64,000 bases of DNA from an uncultured bacterium (GTDB lineage: Bacteria; Acidobacteriota; HRBIN11; JAKEFK01). Made by a program: the position numbers and the translations under genes. Each line of letters opens with the position of its first letter. The first letter of the stretch is position 1. The stretch lies in assembly GCA_963777505.1 (NCBI GenBank), contig CAVZQN010000003.1:448001-512000 (forward strand), given 5' to 3'. Below are positions 49,152-58,881 of this stretch, in pieces. The notes beneath the pieces were generated by a model, which saw nothing but the letters and a program-made list of their open reading frames with translations, did not search any database and was not told the origin of the DNA.

Positions 49152-50174
49152 ATGGGCATTGGTTCAATTTTTAGATTTTTTTCAAGTGATCTTGCAATTG
49201 ATTTGGGGACTGCAAATACGCTTGTTCTGGCGAAAAATAAAGGTGTTGTAGTTCATGAGCCTTCGATTGTTGCGATTAACAAGATAACGGGTAAAGTAGA
49301 GGCCGTAGGCAGGGAAGCGAAAGAAATGGTCGGCCGTACGCCTGGAAATATTGTTGCGATTCGTCCAATGAAGGACGGTGTTATCGCTGATTTTGAAAGC
49401 ACTGAAAAAATGCTCGACTATTTCATAAAGAAAGCACACAACCGCAATATGTGGGTCCGGCCTCGCATTGTGATTGGAGTTCCTTCCGAAATCACACAGG
49501 TCGAAAAGCGCGCAGTCCGCGATGCAGCGTATCGTGCACGTGCAACGGAAGTTTATCTTGTTGAAGAAGCGATGGCGGCTGCAATTGGTGCCGGACTTCC
49601 GATCACTGAGCCAAGTGGAAATATGATCGTAGATATTGGTGGCGGCACAACTGATGTTGCAGTTATTTCTCTCGCAGGCATCGTATACAGCCGTTCGGTT
49701 CGAGTTGCTGGCAATGAAATGGACGAAGCAATCATTGCGTACATAAAAAAGAAGTACAACCTTTTGATCGGAGAACGTACCGCAGAACAAGTAAAAATTG
49801 AATTAGGTTCAGCATTTGCTATGGATGAAGAAATATCCATGGAAATCAAAGGCCGGAATTTAATGGAAGGTGTGCCTAAAACAATTGTTATTACTGATGC
49901 TGAAATCCGCGAAGCATTAAGTGATACAGTCGCGATTATAGTCAATACAGTTCATGAAGCTTTAGAAAAAACACCGCCGGAACTTTCGGCAGATATTCTG
50001 GATCGTGGAATCGTTTTGACAGGCGGGGGAGCACTTCTTAAGAAATTGGATGTACGATTACGAGAAGAGACGGGTCTCCCTGTAACTGTTGCAGAACAGC
50101 CATTGTACTCCGTTGTTTTAGGGGCAGGTAAAATGCTGGACAACATTGAGCTGCTTCGAAAAGTGACTTTGTAG
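49152..50174 (+). CDS. mreB: Rod shape-determining protein MreB
   Basis: AIDLGTANT, RPMKDGVIADF, DIGGGTTD, TGGGALL. Confidence 0.97.
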   Translation: MGIGSIFRFFSSDLAIDLGTANTLVLAKNKGVVVHEPSIVAINKITGKVEAVGREAKEMVGRTPGNIVAIRPMKDGVIADFESTEKMLDYFIKKAHNRNMWVRPRIVIGVPSEITQVEKRAVRDAAYRARATEVYLVEEAMAAAIGAGLPITEPSGNMIVDIGGGTTDVAVISLAGIVYSRSVRVAGNEMDEAIIAYIKKKYNLLIGERTAEQVKIELGSAFAMDEEISMEIKGRNLMEGVPKTIVITDAEIREALSDTVAIIVNTVHEALEKTPPELSADILDRGIVLTGGGALLKKLDVRLREETGLPVTVAEQPLYSVVLGAGKMLDNIELLRKVTL

Positions 50175-50186
50175 GCACTAATAATT

Positions 50187-50207
50187 GGGGCGGGTCCTAA
50201 GACCTGC
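50187..50207. repeat. Degenerate GTAG-type REP-like hairpin
   Basis: GGGGCGGGTCCTAAGACCTGC between mreB and mreC. Confidence 0.55.
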
Positions 50208-50250
50208 TAATAGTTCTTTCATGATCTTCGTGGTTAGTAATACATAGGAT

Positions 50251-51093
50251 ATGGCAGGCGTTGGTTTGACTTTACAAAAGCCAATCACAATTTTTATTGC
50301 TGCCCTTCTTGCTCTGTTGATCCTGATGTCCTATCAGGTGAAAGATGAAGCTACCGGACGAACGATGCTAGGCAATGCCATCTTCAGCATATTGTCTCCT
50401 GTTCAAATGGGGATTTCTGCAACTGTTAGAGGCGCTTGGAATACAGCGATCCACTACTTCGATCTTATCAATACAAATGCAGAGAATGTGAAGCTTGCGA
50501 AAGAAGTCTCTGAACTTAAAGTTCGCATTCAAGCAAATGCACGTGAGAAAGAAGAAAATCAACGTCTTCGAAGCATTCTAAAGTTGCAAGAAGAAGTTCC
50601 GATGAAGATGATTGTGGGAGAGGTGATTGGTGGCGCAGCGAAAGCTGGAGTTTCAACCATTGTATCGGTCAACCGTGGAACGCGAAGCGGCGTAAAGCTG
50701 CAACTTCCAGTTGTAACGCCCAACGGAGTAGTTGGGAAAACCGTCGATGCATCCCTGATCACATCTAAAATACAACTGATTTCCGATCCATCTTTTTCAA
50801 TGGGAGCGATGCTTGAACGAAGCGGCAGCGCAGGCATTCTATCCGGAAATGGAGAAATCTGCATTTTGGAATTTCTTCCGCTTTCCTCAGATGTTAAACC
50901 TGAGGATCCCGTTATTTCTTCGGGACAGGATGGAATTTTTCCGGAAGGATATCCGATAGGACGCGTAAGCCGAATCATCAAGTCCCAATTATCGTTAAGT
51001 GCGGAAGTGACTCCTTATCAAAATCTTGCGTCATTAAAGGAAATCGTCATTTTACTTGAAACAACCAATCAACAGTCCGGACAATCGAAGTGA
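50251..51093 (+). CDS. mreC: Rod shape-determining protein MreC
   Basis: TM, coiled coil ENQRLRSIL, GVVGK, SSGQDGIFPEGYPIG; synteny. Confidence 0.94.
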   Translation: MAGVGLTLQKPITIFIAALLALLILMSYQVKDEATGRTMLGNAIFSILSPVQMGISATVRGAWNTAIHYFDLINTNAENVKLAKEVSELKVRIQANAREKEENQRLRSILKLQEEVPMKMIVGEVIGGAAKAGVSTIVSVNRGTRSGVKLQLPVVTPNGVVGKTVDASLITSKIQLISDPSFSMGAMLERSGSAGILSGNGEICILEFLPLSSDVKPEDPVISSGQDGIFPEGYPIGRVSRIIKSQLSLSAEVTPYQNLASLKEIVILLETTNQQSGQSK

Positions 51094-51569
51094 ATCTTCT
51101 AAAAGTCTTGCTCGTTTTCGTTATCGTTCTCGTACTTCAAACAATGGTAATAAGCCGGGTTCGATATCTGGAGTTATTAGATCTTTTCTTGCTGATGAAT
51201 ATTTATTTTGCTTTGAATTTCAATCAAATGATTAGCATGGGAATTTCAATTCCCAGCGGTTTAGTTCAGGATGCTTTCCTAAAAGGTGTGATTGGTATTA
51301 ACGCTTTTTCAAAAACGATCATCGTTTTTCTTATCAGCGGGCTGAGTCAACGGGTTATGTTGAAACATCCATTTGCAGTCATGTTATTGATTTCGATTTC
51401 TGCTGCGCTGGACTATTACATAATTTTTGGATTGCACATCTTATTTGGTATGAAGCCATTTAAGCTCACCTGGCAAATGATTTTGATTGCATCGATTCTC
51501 AATGGAGTCATAGGTGCGATAGCATATCAAATGGTAGATCGTTTCCGGATGAAGAGGCAATATGCCTAA
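51090..51569 (+). CDS. mreD: Rod shape-determining protein MreD
   Basis: Hydrophobic 159 aa with GLVQD..G..G; lies between mreC and mrdA. Confidence 0.88.
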   Translation: MNLLKVLLVFVIVLVLQTMVISRVRYLELLDLFLLMNIYFALNFNQMISMGISIPSGLVQDAFLKGVIGINAFSKTIIVFLISGLSQRVMLKHPFAVMLLISISAALDYYIIFGLHILFGMKPFKLTWQMILIASILNGVIGAIAYQMVDRFRMKRQYA

Positions 51570-53478
51570 TCAGGTCGACCGCGAACGAATTGAGATTAAG
51601 ATCCGGATTGTATTCTGGATTGTCGTTGCATGTTTCCTTGTCTTTTTTATCGGATTCTGGAATTTGCAAGTCATTCGCGGATCGTATTATGACATGCTGG
51701 CGCGCGATAACGTCAGACGTGACTATCCGACACCAGCTCCACGCGGTTTAATTCTGGATCGCAATAACACAATTCTTGCTGATAACCGGTTAAGCCATAA
51801 CCTTTTCGTTACACCATGGCTCTCCCGAAATTTAGATCAGACTTTGCAGTTTCTTGCCGTGACTCTTTCAACAACTCAGGATGAATTAAAGCGGATGATT
51901 TTGAAAGAAGGGACGTTACGATCCCGTCAGCCAATTCTTGTCTATCAGGATTTAACTCTTTCGCAACTCGCATACATTTCTGCGCGAAAAGTTGAATATC
52001 CTGAAATAGAAATCAAACAGGAAACGAAGCGAAATTATCCATACGGTGATCTTTTTGCGCATGCTCTTGGCTATGTTGGCCAACTGACAGAAGAACAATT
52101 TGCGCGCAAACAATTTCCTGAAGCTCGAAAACGTGACGTTGTAGGGCAAGCCGGTCTTGAACGCTATTACAACAAGTACTTGATGGGGAAGGCCGGAAAC
52201 GAAAGTAAGGTTGTGAACAGTTTTGGAATGGAATTAAAAGAATTTCAAGTAGAACCAACACCGCCGACGCCTGGTGAGACAGTTCGTCTTGGGCTTGATT
52301 ATCATATGCAAAAAGCTGCGCATGATGCGTTCAGAGAAAAGCAAAAATATGGATCTGCTGTTGCATTAAATATTAAGACGCGTGAAATTATGGTTCTTTA
52401 CAGTGATCCATATTACGATCCGAATGATTTCATTCCACGGATTGCGCCTCAAAAGTGGCGGGAGCTTTTGACTGATCCGCGTCATCCTCTTCAAAATCGT
52501 GCAATTCAAAATAAATTTTCTCCCGGCTCTACTTTTAAAATCATCATGGCGCTTACAGGTCTTCAAGAGAAAAAAATAACTCCTGATACACACTTTGTTT
52601 GTGGTGGTTCGCAATTTATTTATAGCCGTACATTTCGCTGTTGGAAGCCGGGCGGACATGGTTCTGTAAATTTATATAAAGCAATCGCGCAATCTTGCGA
52701 TGTTTATTTTTACAATCTTGGAATGAGGCTTGATATCGATGTCATTGCAAAATATGCAAAGAAATTTGGACTTGGAAGCCCGACAGGTATCGATTTGCAG
52801 AATGAAAGCGCGGGGCTTGTTCCCAGCCGCGCATGGAAACAGAAAGTGCAAAAGGATAAGTGGTACCCCGGTGAAACCATATCCGTTTCAATAGGGCAGG
52901 GACCGATTCTCGTCACAGGTCTGCACATGGCTTCAGTTGTTTCAAGTGTTGCAATGGAAGGCACACGAATACAACCTCACTTACTCAGCGCCCTTATTAA
53001 GCCAAATGGTGACACCGAAGATTTTGTAAAAAGCAAAAGAGAACAAATTACAGGGATTGATCAAAGAAATTATGAACTCGTCAAACAAGCCTTATGGGGC
53101 GTAGTGCATGATCATGGAACTGGAGGCAAATCCCGAATCGATGGCTACGATGTTTGTGGAAAAACAGGAACTGTTCAGGTAGTTGGCTATGATCGCGGCG
53201 GCGATTTATCGAAAACTGATAAGGAACGATTCGGAGATCATGCATGGTTTGTAGCTTTTGCTCCGTATTCCGATCCGCAAGTTGCTGTTGCTGTTTTTGT
53301 AGAACACGGAGGGCATGGTTCGGATGCGGCGGCGCCGGTGGCAAAAAAGATATTTGAAACATACTTCAACGATCGAAAAATTCCGCCATTCCCAACACCC
53401 GAGTTTGCAAAAAAGATTGTGCCGGTTGTAAGAGCCAAACTAAAAGACTCAACGGAAGAAAATCAGGATATTGACTGA
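51562..53478 (+). CDS. mrdA: Penicillin-binding protein 2
   Basis: APRGLILDRN, PGSTFK (SxxK), SCD (SxN variant), KTGT, HAWF. Confidence 0.95.
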   Translation: MPNQVDRERIEIKIRIVFWIVVACFLVFFIGFWNLQVIRGSYYDMLARDNVRRDYPTPAPRGLILDRNNTILADNRLSHNLFVTPWLSRNLDQTLQFLAVTLSTTQDELKRMILKEGTLRSRQPILVYQDLTLSQLAYISARKVEYPEIEIKQETKRNYPYGDLFAHALGYVGQLTEEQFARKQFPEARKRDVVGQAGLERYYNKYLMGKAGNESKVVNSFGMELKEFQVEPTPPTPGETVRLGLDYHMQKAAHDAFREKQKYGSAVALNIKTREIMVLYSDPYYDPNDFIPRIAPQKWRELLTDPRHPLQNRAIQNKFSPGSTFKIIMALTGLQEKKITPDTHFVCGGSQFIYSRTFRCWKPGGHGSVNLYKAIAQSCDVYFYNLGMRLDIDVIAKYAKKFGLGSPTGIDLQNESAGLVPSRAWKQKVQKDKWYPGETISVSIGQGPILVTGLHMASVVSSVAMEGTRIQPHLLSALIKPNGDTEDFVKSKREQITGIDQRNYELVKQALWGVVHDHGTGGKSRIDGYDVCGKTGTVQVVGYDRGGDLSKTDKERFGDHAWFVAFAPYSDPQVAVAVFVEHGGHGSDAAAPVAKKIFETYFNDRKIPPFPTPEFAKKIVPVVRAKLKDSTEENQDID

Positions 53479-54570
53479 TGTTTGATACGCGTATCCTGCG
53501 ACAGTTTGATTGGATTTTGCTGGGCTGCATTGTGTCGCTTGTTACGTTAGGAATCATGATGATCTTCAGCGCAACATATCAAGGTGCACATGCAGATCTT
53601 TATGTACGGCAATTTCAATATTTCATCGTAGGAATGGCGCTCTTCATCATTATTCTGCAGGTCGATTATCACTTCCTGACCGATGGAGCCGTGGTTTTTT
53701 ACATTCTATCGATCCTACTGTTGATCGGTGTTTTGTTTTTTGGGAAGCGTATTTCGGGAGCGAAAAGTTGGTTTGCGCTGGGTTTTTTCAATTTCCAACC
53801 GTCCGAAATTGCAAAGATCGCATCGATTCTATTTCTTGCACGTTTCCTCAGCATGGAAAGCCGCACGTGAACTCACTTTGAAAGATGTCGGAATGGCAGG
53901 ATTGATCATGGGGATCCCGGTGTTCCTGATCATTCTTCAACCGGATATGGGAACAGCACTCACATTTCTTCCCCCTTTGATTGCAGTTCTGTTTTTTGCA
54001 GGCATGAAACTTAAATGGATGCTGGTGGCAGTGATCTCCGGGCTTGCTACAATGCCTTTCGTTTGGTTTTTTCTGAAGCCTTATCAAAAGAATCGAATTC
54101 TAACCTTCATCGATCCGAGCAATGATCCACTTGGTGCTGGCTATCAGATCATTCAGTCAAAAATTGCGATTGGATCGGGCCAAATCTGGGGAAAAGGCCT
54201 GCTTTCAAAAGAGACTCAAGCGTACCTCGATTTCATTCCTGAAAAACAAACCGATTTTGTCTTTTCGATTCTCGCTGAAGACTTTGGATTGATTGGCGTC
54301 CTCATTGCCCTCGGGTTATACTTTCTCCTGATCTCACGATTGTTAAACGCAGCGTCTCAGGCTCGTGATCGAGTGGGGACATTTGTCATCATGGGCATCA
54401 TGGCAGTGTTTTTCTTTCATGTTGTTGTGAATATCGGTATGGTGATCGGATTGATGCCTATAACAGGACTGCCGCTTCCGCTCATGAGTTATGGCGGGTC
54501 TTCGCTTCTTTCGACAATCGTAGGTCTCGCGATCGTGATGAATATCCGAATGCGCAGATTTGTAAATTAA
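53478..54570 (+). CDS. rodA: SEDS glycosyltransferase RodA; +1 frameshift near 53865
   Basis: GAKSW, FQPSEIAK in the first frame; QPDMGT, YQKNRI, GYQIIQSKIAIGSG, PEKQTDF, TGLPLPLMSYGGSS in the second. Deleting one base in AGCCGC-A-CGTGAA restores one ORF. Confidence 0.93.
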
Positions 54571-54587
54571 CCGCAAAGACAAAAGAA

Positions 54588-57231
54588 ATGAATATTGAAG
54601 AAAGATTAATCAATATCCTTCCGTATGTAGAAAAACCGGCCCGATATATTGGCGGCGAATTCAATCAGATTCGAAAAGATCTCCGCAGCGTTAAAGTCAA
54701 ATTTGCGTTTGCTTTTCCTGATGCGTATGAAATCGGAATGTCACACACAGGTTTGCGTATCTTATATGACCTTTTGAATAAACGATCTGACATTGCAGCA
54801 GAGCGGGTATTTGCTCCATGGATGGACATGGAACAAAAACTTCGTTCTGAATCCATTCCTTTATATTCGCTGGAAAACAAGCTTCCTTTGCGCGAATTCG
54901 ATCTGATCGGTTTTTCATTGATGTACGAACTCTGTTATACAAACACGCTCGCGATGTTGGATCTTTCAGGAATTCCATTGAAGACAAAGGACCGTACGAT
55001 TGATGATCCTTTGATTATTGCAGGCGGTACGTGCACCGTAAATCCTGAACCGATCGCAGACTTCATTGATTTATTTGTCATCGGAGATGGCGAAGAAATC
55101 ATCTTTGAAATTATTGAGAAGTACATGAGCCTGAAAGGAACAGGCTTAAGCCGCGAGAAAATTCTATTCGAACTTGCGCAAATCCAGGGAATTTACGTTC
55201 CATCACTTTACGATACATATCAGGATCCAAAAACCGGAATGGTTTTGGCAAAAAAGACATCGGGGCTTCCATTTCCTGTGCGTCGCAGAATTTTGATGGA
55301 CCTGAATCAGTATCCATTCCCTACGAAGCCGATTGTTCCGTATACCGAAATTGTTTTTGATCGTGTATCTGTTGAGTTGTTTCGCGGATGTGAGCGTGGC
55401 TGCCGGTTTTGTCAGGCGGGTTACATATATCGTCCGACGCGCGAACGCAATCCGCTGCAGGTTTTTAATGCCGCTGTGCAACAGGTGCGTAACTCCGGCT
55501 ACGAAGAGATCAGCTTGAATTCATTAAGTTCTGGCGATTATTCGCGATTGCCGCAATTGTTAACCTGGTTAAATCAGCAATTTCAAAGCGATCGTGTTGC
55601 GCTCTCGCTTTCATCATTGTTTGCCTCTTCGATCACAAAAGATGTAATCCGCAAGATCAAACAGGTGCGCAAGACGGGATTTACGATTGCGCCTGAAGGC
55701 GGCACAGATCGGATGCGGAAGGTCATCAATAAATACATGAGCGAGTCGGAAATTTTGCATGCGGCCGAACTTGCCTACTAGCGAAGGATGGGAGCATATC
55801 AAATTGTATTTTATGATCGGCCAGCCAACCGAAACGATGGAAGATGTAGAAGGCATCGTTTATCTTGCGAAAAAAATTTCGGATCTCGGGCGGTCACAGC
55901 ATCAACGGTCGGGCAAAGTAAATCTTGGAGTTTCGTCGTTCGTTCCGAAACCTCAAACGCCATTCCAGTGGTGTGCAATGAATTCGCGTGAGGAACTGCA
56001 AGAGAAGCAGTCAGTGATCCGCCGTATGACTCAGCGATCACGTATTCAGTTTAAGTGGCATCACATCAACATCAGTATGCTGGACGGAATTTTTTCGCGC
56101 GGCGACCGGAGACTCAATCAGACGCTTGAATTGGCATATAAGAAAGGATGCAGATTTGATGGATGGTCTGATTGTCAGCATTATCCGCTTTGGGAAGAAG
56201 CTTTTGCAGAATCAAAAGTTGATCCGAACTCATATTGGGGTGAATTTCCGTTGGATTCAACGCTTCCCTGGGATCACTTATCGGTAAAAGTAGCGAAGAA
56301 ATTTTTGAGAAAAGAATGGGATAAAGCCCTTGCAATGGATACAACGCCGCTTACAGGCTTCGATAATTGTGTTTTTTGCGGATCTTGCAAAGCTTCGGAA
56401 CTGGTTCAGTTGAAAGGTCAAAGTGAACTGGCGCGGATGAGCAGTCCGTCAGAAATTGTGCCTTACAACGATGAATTGGAGCGGGAGAAAAATTTCAGAT
56501 ATCGTGCCAGTTTTAAAAAGGAAGGCGCACTGCGTTTTATTTCACATCTTGATATTACAAAGACTTTGCGGCTTGCATTTAAACGTGCGGAGATTCCGCT
56601 CAGTTATAGCCGTGGATTTCATCCTGCGCCGCACATTTCATTTGGACCGGCCTTGCCATTGGCCGTTGAATCGAAAGAAGAGTTTATAGATTTCTACACG
56701 TATCGATTTATGTCACCGGAAGAGTGTTTGAGCCGGCTGAATAAAGCGATGCCGCCGGAATTGTCGTTCTTGCGAGTCGTTCAAATTTCGCATAGCACGC
56801 CATCTTTGTCTGCTTTGATTGATGGATCGGACTACAGTGTCAATTTTGCTGAGCCTGCAATTGAACCTGTTGTGAAAAACTTTGCCACGAAGAAGGGAAT
56901 TGATGTTGCTTTATCGCATGGTTTTGCGATTGATGCTTTTTTGGAAAAGCCGGAAGTATTAATTAAGAAGCATAAGACTGAAAAGTTTGTCGATGCCAAA
57001 AAGTATGTTCGATCGCTTCAATGGGATGATGATGCGCGCGCCCTCAAGGTTGAAATGAAGTTTCAGGATGGTGCGACAGTTGGAATTCAGCATGTCTTGA
57101 AAGCGCTGTACGAAATTGATGTGGAATTTCCAGTGACTCGCGAACGCCAATACATTTGGAGTAACGGCACCAAACAATCCCCCCTCGATGTTGACCCCTT
57201 TGCCGAACAGCGCCTCATAGCCGATTTGTAA
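54588..57231 (+). CDS. B12-binding-type radical SAM protein (TIGR03960-like) fused to a DUF2344/TIGR03936-like domain; +1 frameshift at ~55779
   Basis: KPARYIGGE, FPDAYEIGMS, CERGCRFC, APEGGT, KLYFMIG, FVPKPQTPFQW, RFISHLD, GFHP. Removing the T in TAC-T-AGCGAAGGATGG gives Y-S-E-G-W. Confidence 0.88.
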
Positions 57232-57293
57232 CGTCTTGCGCCTCTGCGGTAAATCTTCAGGGTTTGTTACAATAGATTGAATCAGGTGACTTT

Positions 57294-58808
57294 ATGGTCA
57301 GGGAAATTGTTGTCAATGCCACAAACTACGAGACACGTGTGGCGGTTCTTGAAGACGAGCGGCTTGTCGAGATTCACATCGAACGAGCTGCGCGCCGCAG
57401 CATTGTTGGCAACGTCTACAAGGGCAAAGTAACGCGCGTGTTACCCGGAATGGAGGCTGCCTTTGTCGATATAGGCCTCGACCGCGATGCATTTTTATAC
57501 GTCCAGGATGTGTATGAAGATCTTGCCGAATACCGGCGGATGTTAAGTGTCGATGATTCCGGTGAAGTCGAGCCGGAATTTGAAGAGATGAAGAATGTTG
57601 TCGCAACACTTGGGATTGGTGATCTGCTGAGGCCCGGCCGTCATGTCCTGGTCCGTGTTACGAAAGAAGCACTGGGAACGAAAGGTCCGCGCATATCAAC
57701 GCATATTACACTTCCGAGCCGGTACGTTGTTTTAATGCCGACTGTTGGTCAGATAGGAGTCTCACGCAAAATTCAATCGCGCGATGAACGGATCCGGCTT
57801 AGAACACTTTGTAAATCGTTGCGTCGCGGCGCTGGTGGGATGATCGTTCGAACAGCCGCTGAAGGTGTAGAGGCGGAACATCTTGAAAAGGAAATCAAGT
57901 ATCTGTATCAACTCTGGGAAGATTTAAAACAAAAATTCGATCAAGGCCCGGTTCCATCATTGATCCATCGTGAGATGAATCTTCTCGAACGTGTCGTGCG
58001 CGATTCACTCTGGTCCGACTTAACTGCAATTCATATCGATTCAGAAAAATCGTACGAGCAGTGTGTTGAGTTTGTGAATAAGATCGATGCCGCTATGGTT
58101 CCAAAGTTAAAACTGTACGGCCACGATTATCCGATTTTCGAAAAATTCCAGGTACAACGTGAACTTGAAAAAGCACTGCAGGATAAAGTGTGGCTCAAAT
58201 CTGGCGGCTACATTGTGATCAATCACACAGAAGCGCTGGTTGCGATCGATGTAAATACTGGAAAATTTGTAGGGAAGCGAAGTCTTGAGGACACGATTGC
58301 AAAAACAAATCTGGAGTCTGTGAAAGAGATTACGCGGCAAATTCGCTTGCGCGATCTTGGTGGAATTATCGTAATCGATTTCATCGATATGGAAGATCCT
58401 GAGAATCAACGAAAAGTGATTGAAGCTCTCGAAGCTGAACTTAAAAAGGACCGCTCACCGGCCCGAATCATGGCGGGTGGAAGTTCCACTCTCGTGATTC
58501 TTACGCGCAAAAGAACGCGTCAGAGTCTGGAAAGAGTGTTGTGCCAGCCATGTCCATATTGTGGTGGCGGTGGAATGATTAAATCAGTCGCTACAATTTG
58601 TTATGAAATTCTAAATGAAGTAAAAAAGCAGGCACTGTTCCTGGAAGGAAGTGATGTCATCCTCCGCGTAAACCCTGATGTAGCCGAAGCATTGAAGAAC
58701 GGTGAACTTGAAGTGTTTAAGGAGATGCAATCATTTTTGCGGAAGTCGATTATTGTTAAGCCTGATAATAATCTGCATCATGAGCAGTTCGATCTCATGG
58801 GTGATTAA
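57294..58808 (+). CDS. rng: RNase E/G family ribonuclease (RNase G-sized)
   Basis: GNVYKGKV..VLPGMEAAFVDIG, KGPR, IDVNTG, RLRDLGGIIVIDFIDM, CPYC. Confidence 0.92.
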   Translation: MVREIVVNATNYETRVAVLEDERLVEIHIERAARRSIVGNVYKGKVTRVLPGMEAAFVDIGLDRDAFLYVQDVYEDLAEYRRMLSVDDSGEVEPEFEEMKNVVATLGIGDLLRPGRHVLVRVTKEALGTKGPRISTHITLPSRYVVLMPTVGQIGVSRKIQSRDERIRLRTLCKSLRRGAGGMIVRTAAEGVEAEHLEKEIKYLYQLWEDLKQKFDQGPVPSLIHREMNLLERVVRDSLWSDLTAIHIDSEKSYEQCVEFVNKIDAAMVPKLKLYGHDYPIFEKFQVQRELEKALQDKVWLKSGGYIVINHTEALVAIDVNTGKFVGKRSLEDTIAKTNLESVKEITRQIRLRDLGGIIVIDFIDMEDPENQRKVIEALEAELKKDRSPARIMAGGSSTLVILTRKRTRQSLERVLCQPCPYCGGGGMIKSVATICYEILNEVKKQALFLEGSDVILRVNPDVAEALKNGELEVFKEMQSFLRKSIIVKPDNNLHHEQFDLMGD

Positions 58809-58821
58809 TTTCACTCATTTA

Positions 58822-58874
58822 GCCAGGCGTGACACCTGCGATCCTCTAATGCGGCCGTGACGTCTCGCGGTCCT
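58822..58874. repeat. Degenerate tandem REP-like units related to the 32928 family
   Basis: gccaggcgtgacacctgcgatcct-ctaat-gcggccgtgacgtctcgcggtcct resembles the last two units of the 32928 cluster; another weak copy at 27601-27624. Confidence 0.5.
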
Positions 58875-58881
58875 TGTTAAT

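Noticed and set aside
53860-53872. TGA in rodA as possible selenocysteine
   Set aside because: The continuation is out of frame, there is no SECIS-like hairpin, and no Cys is expected at that position.
55770-55790. In-frame TAG in the radical SAM gene as possible pyrrolysine or stop readthrough
   Set aside because: The downstream half is in a different frame, so readthrough would not join the halves; a single-base insertion explains it.
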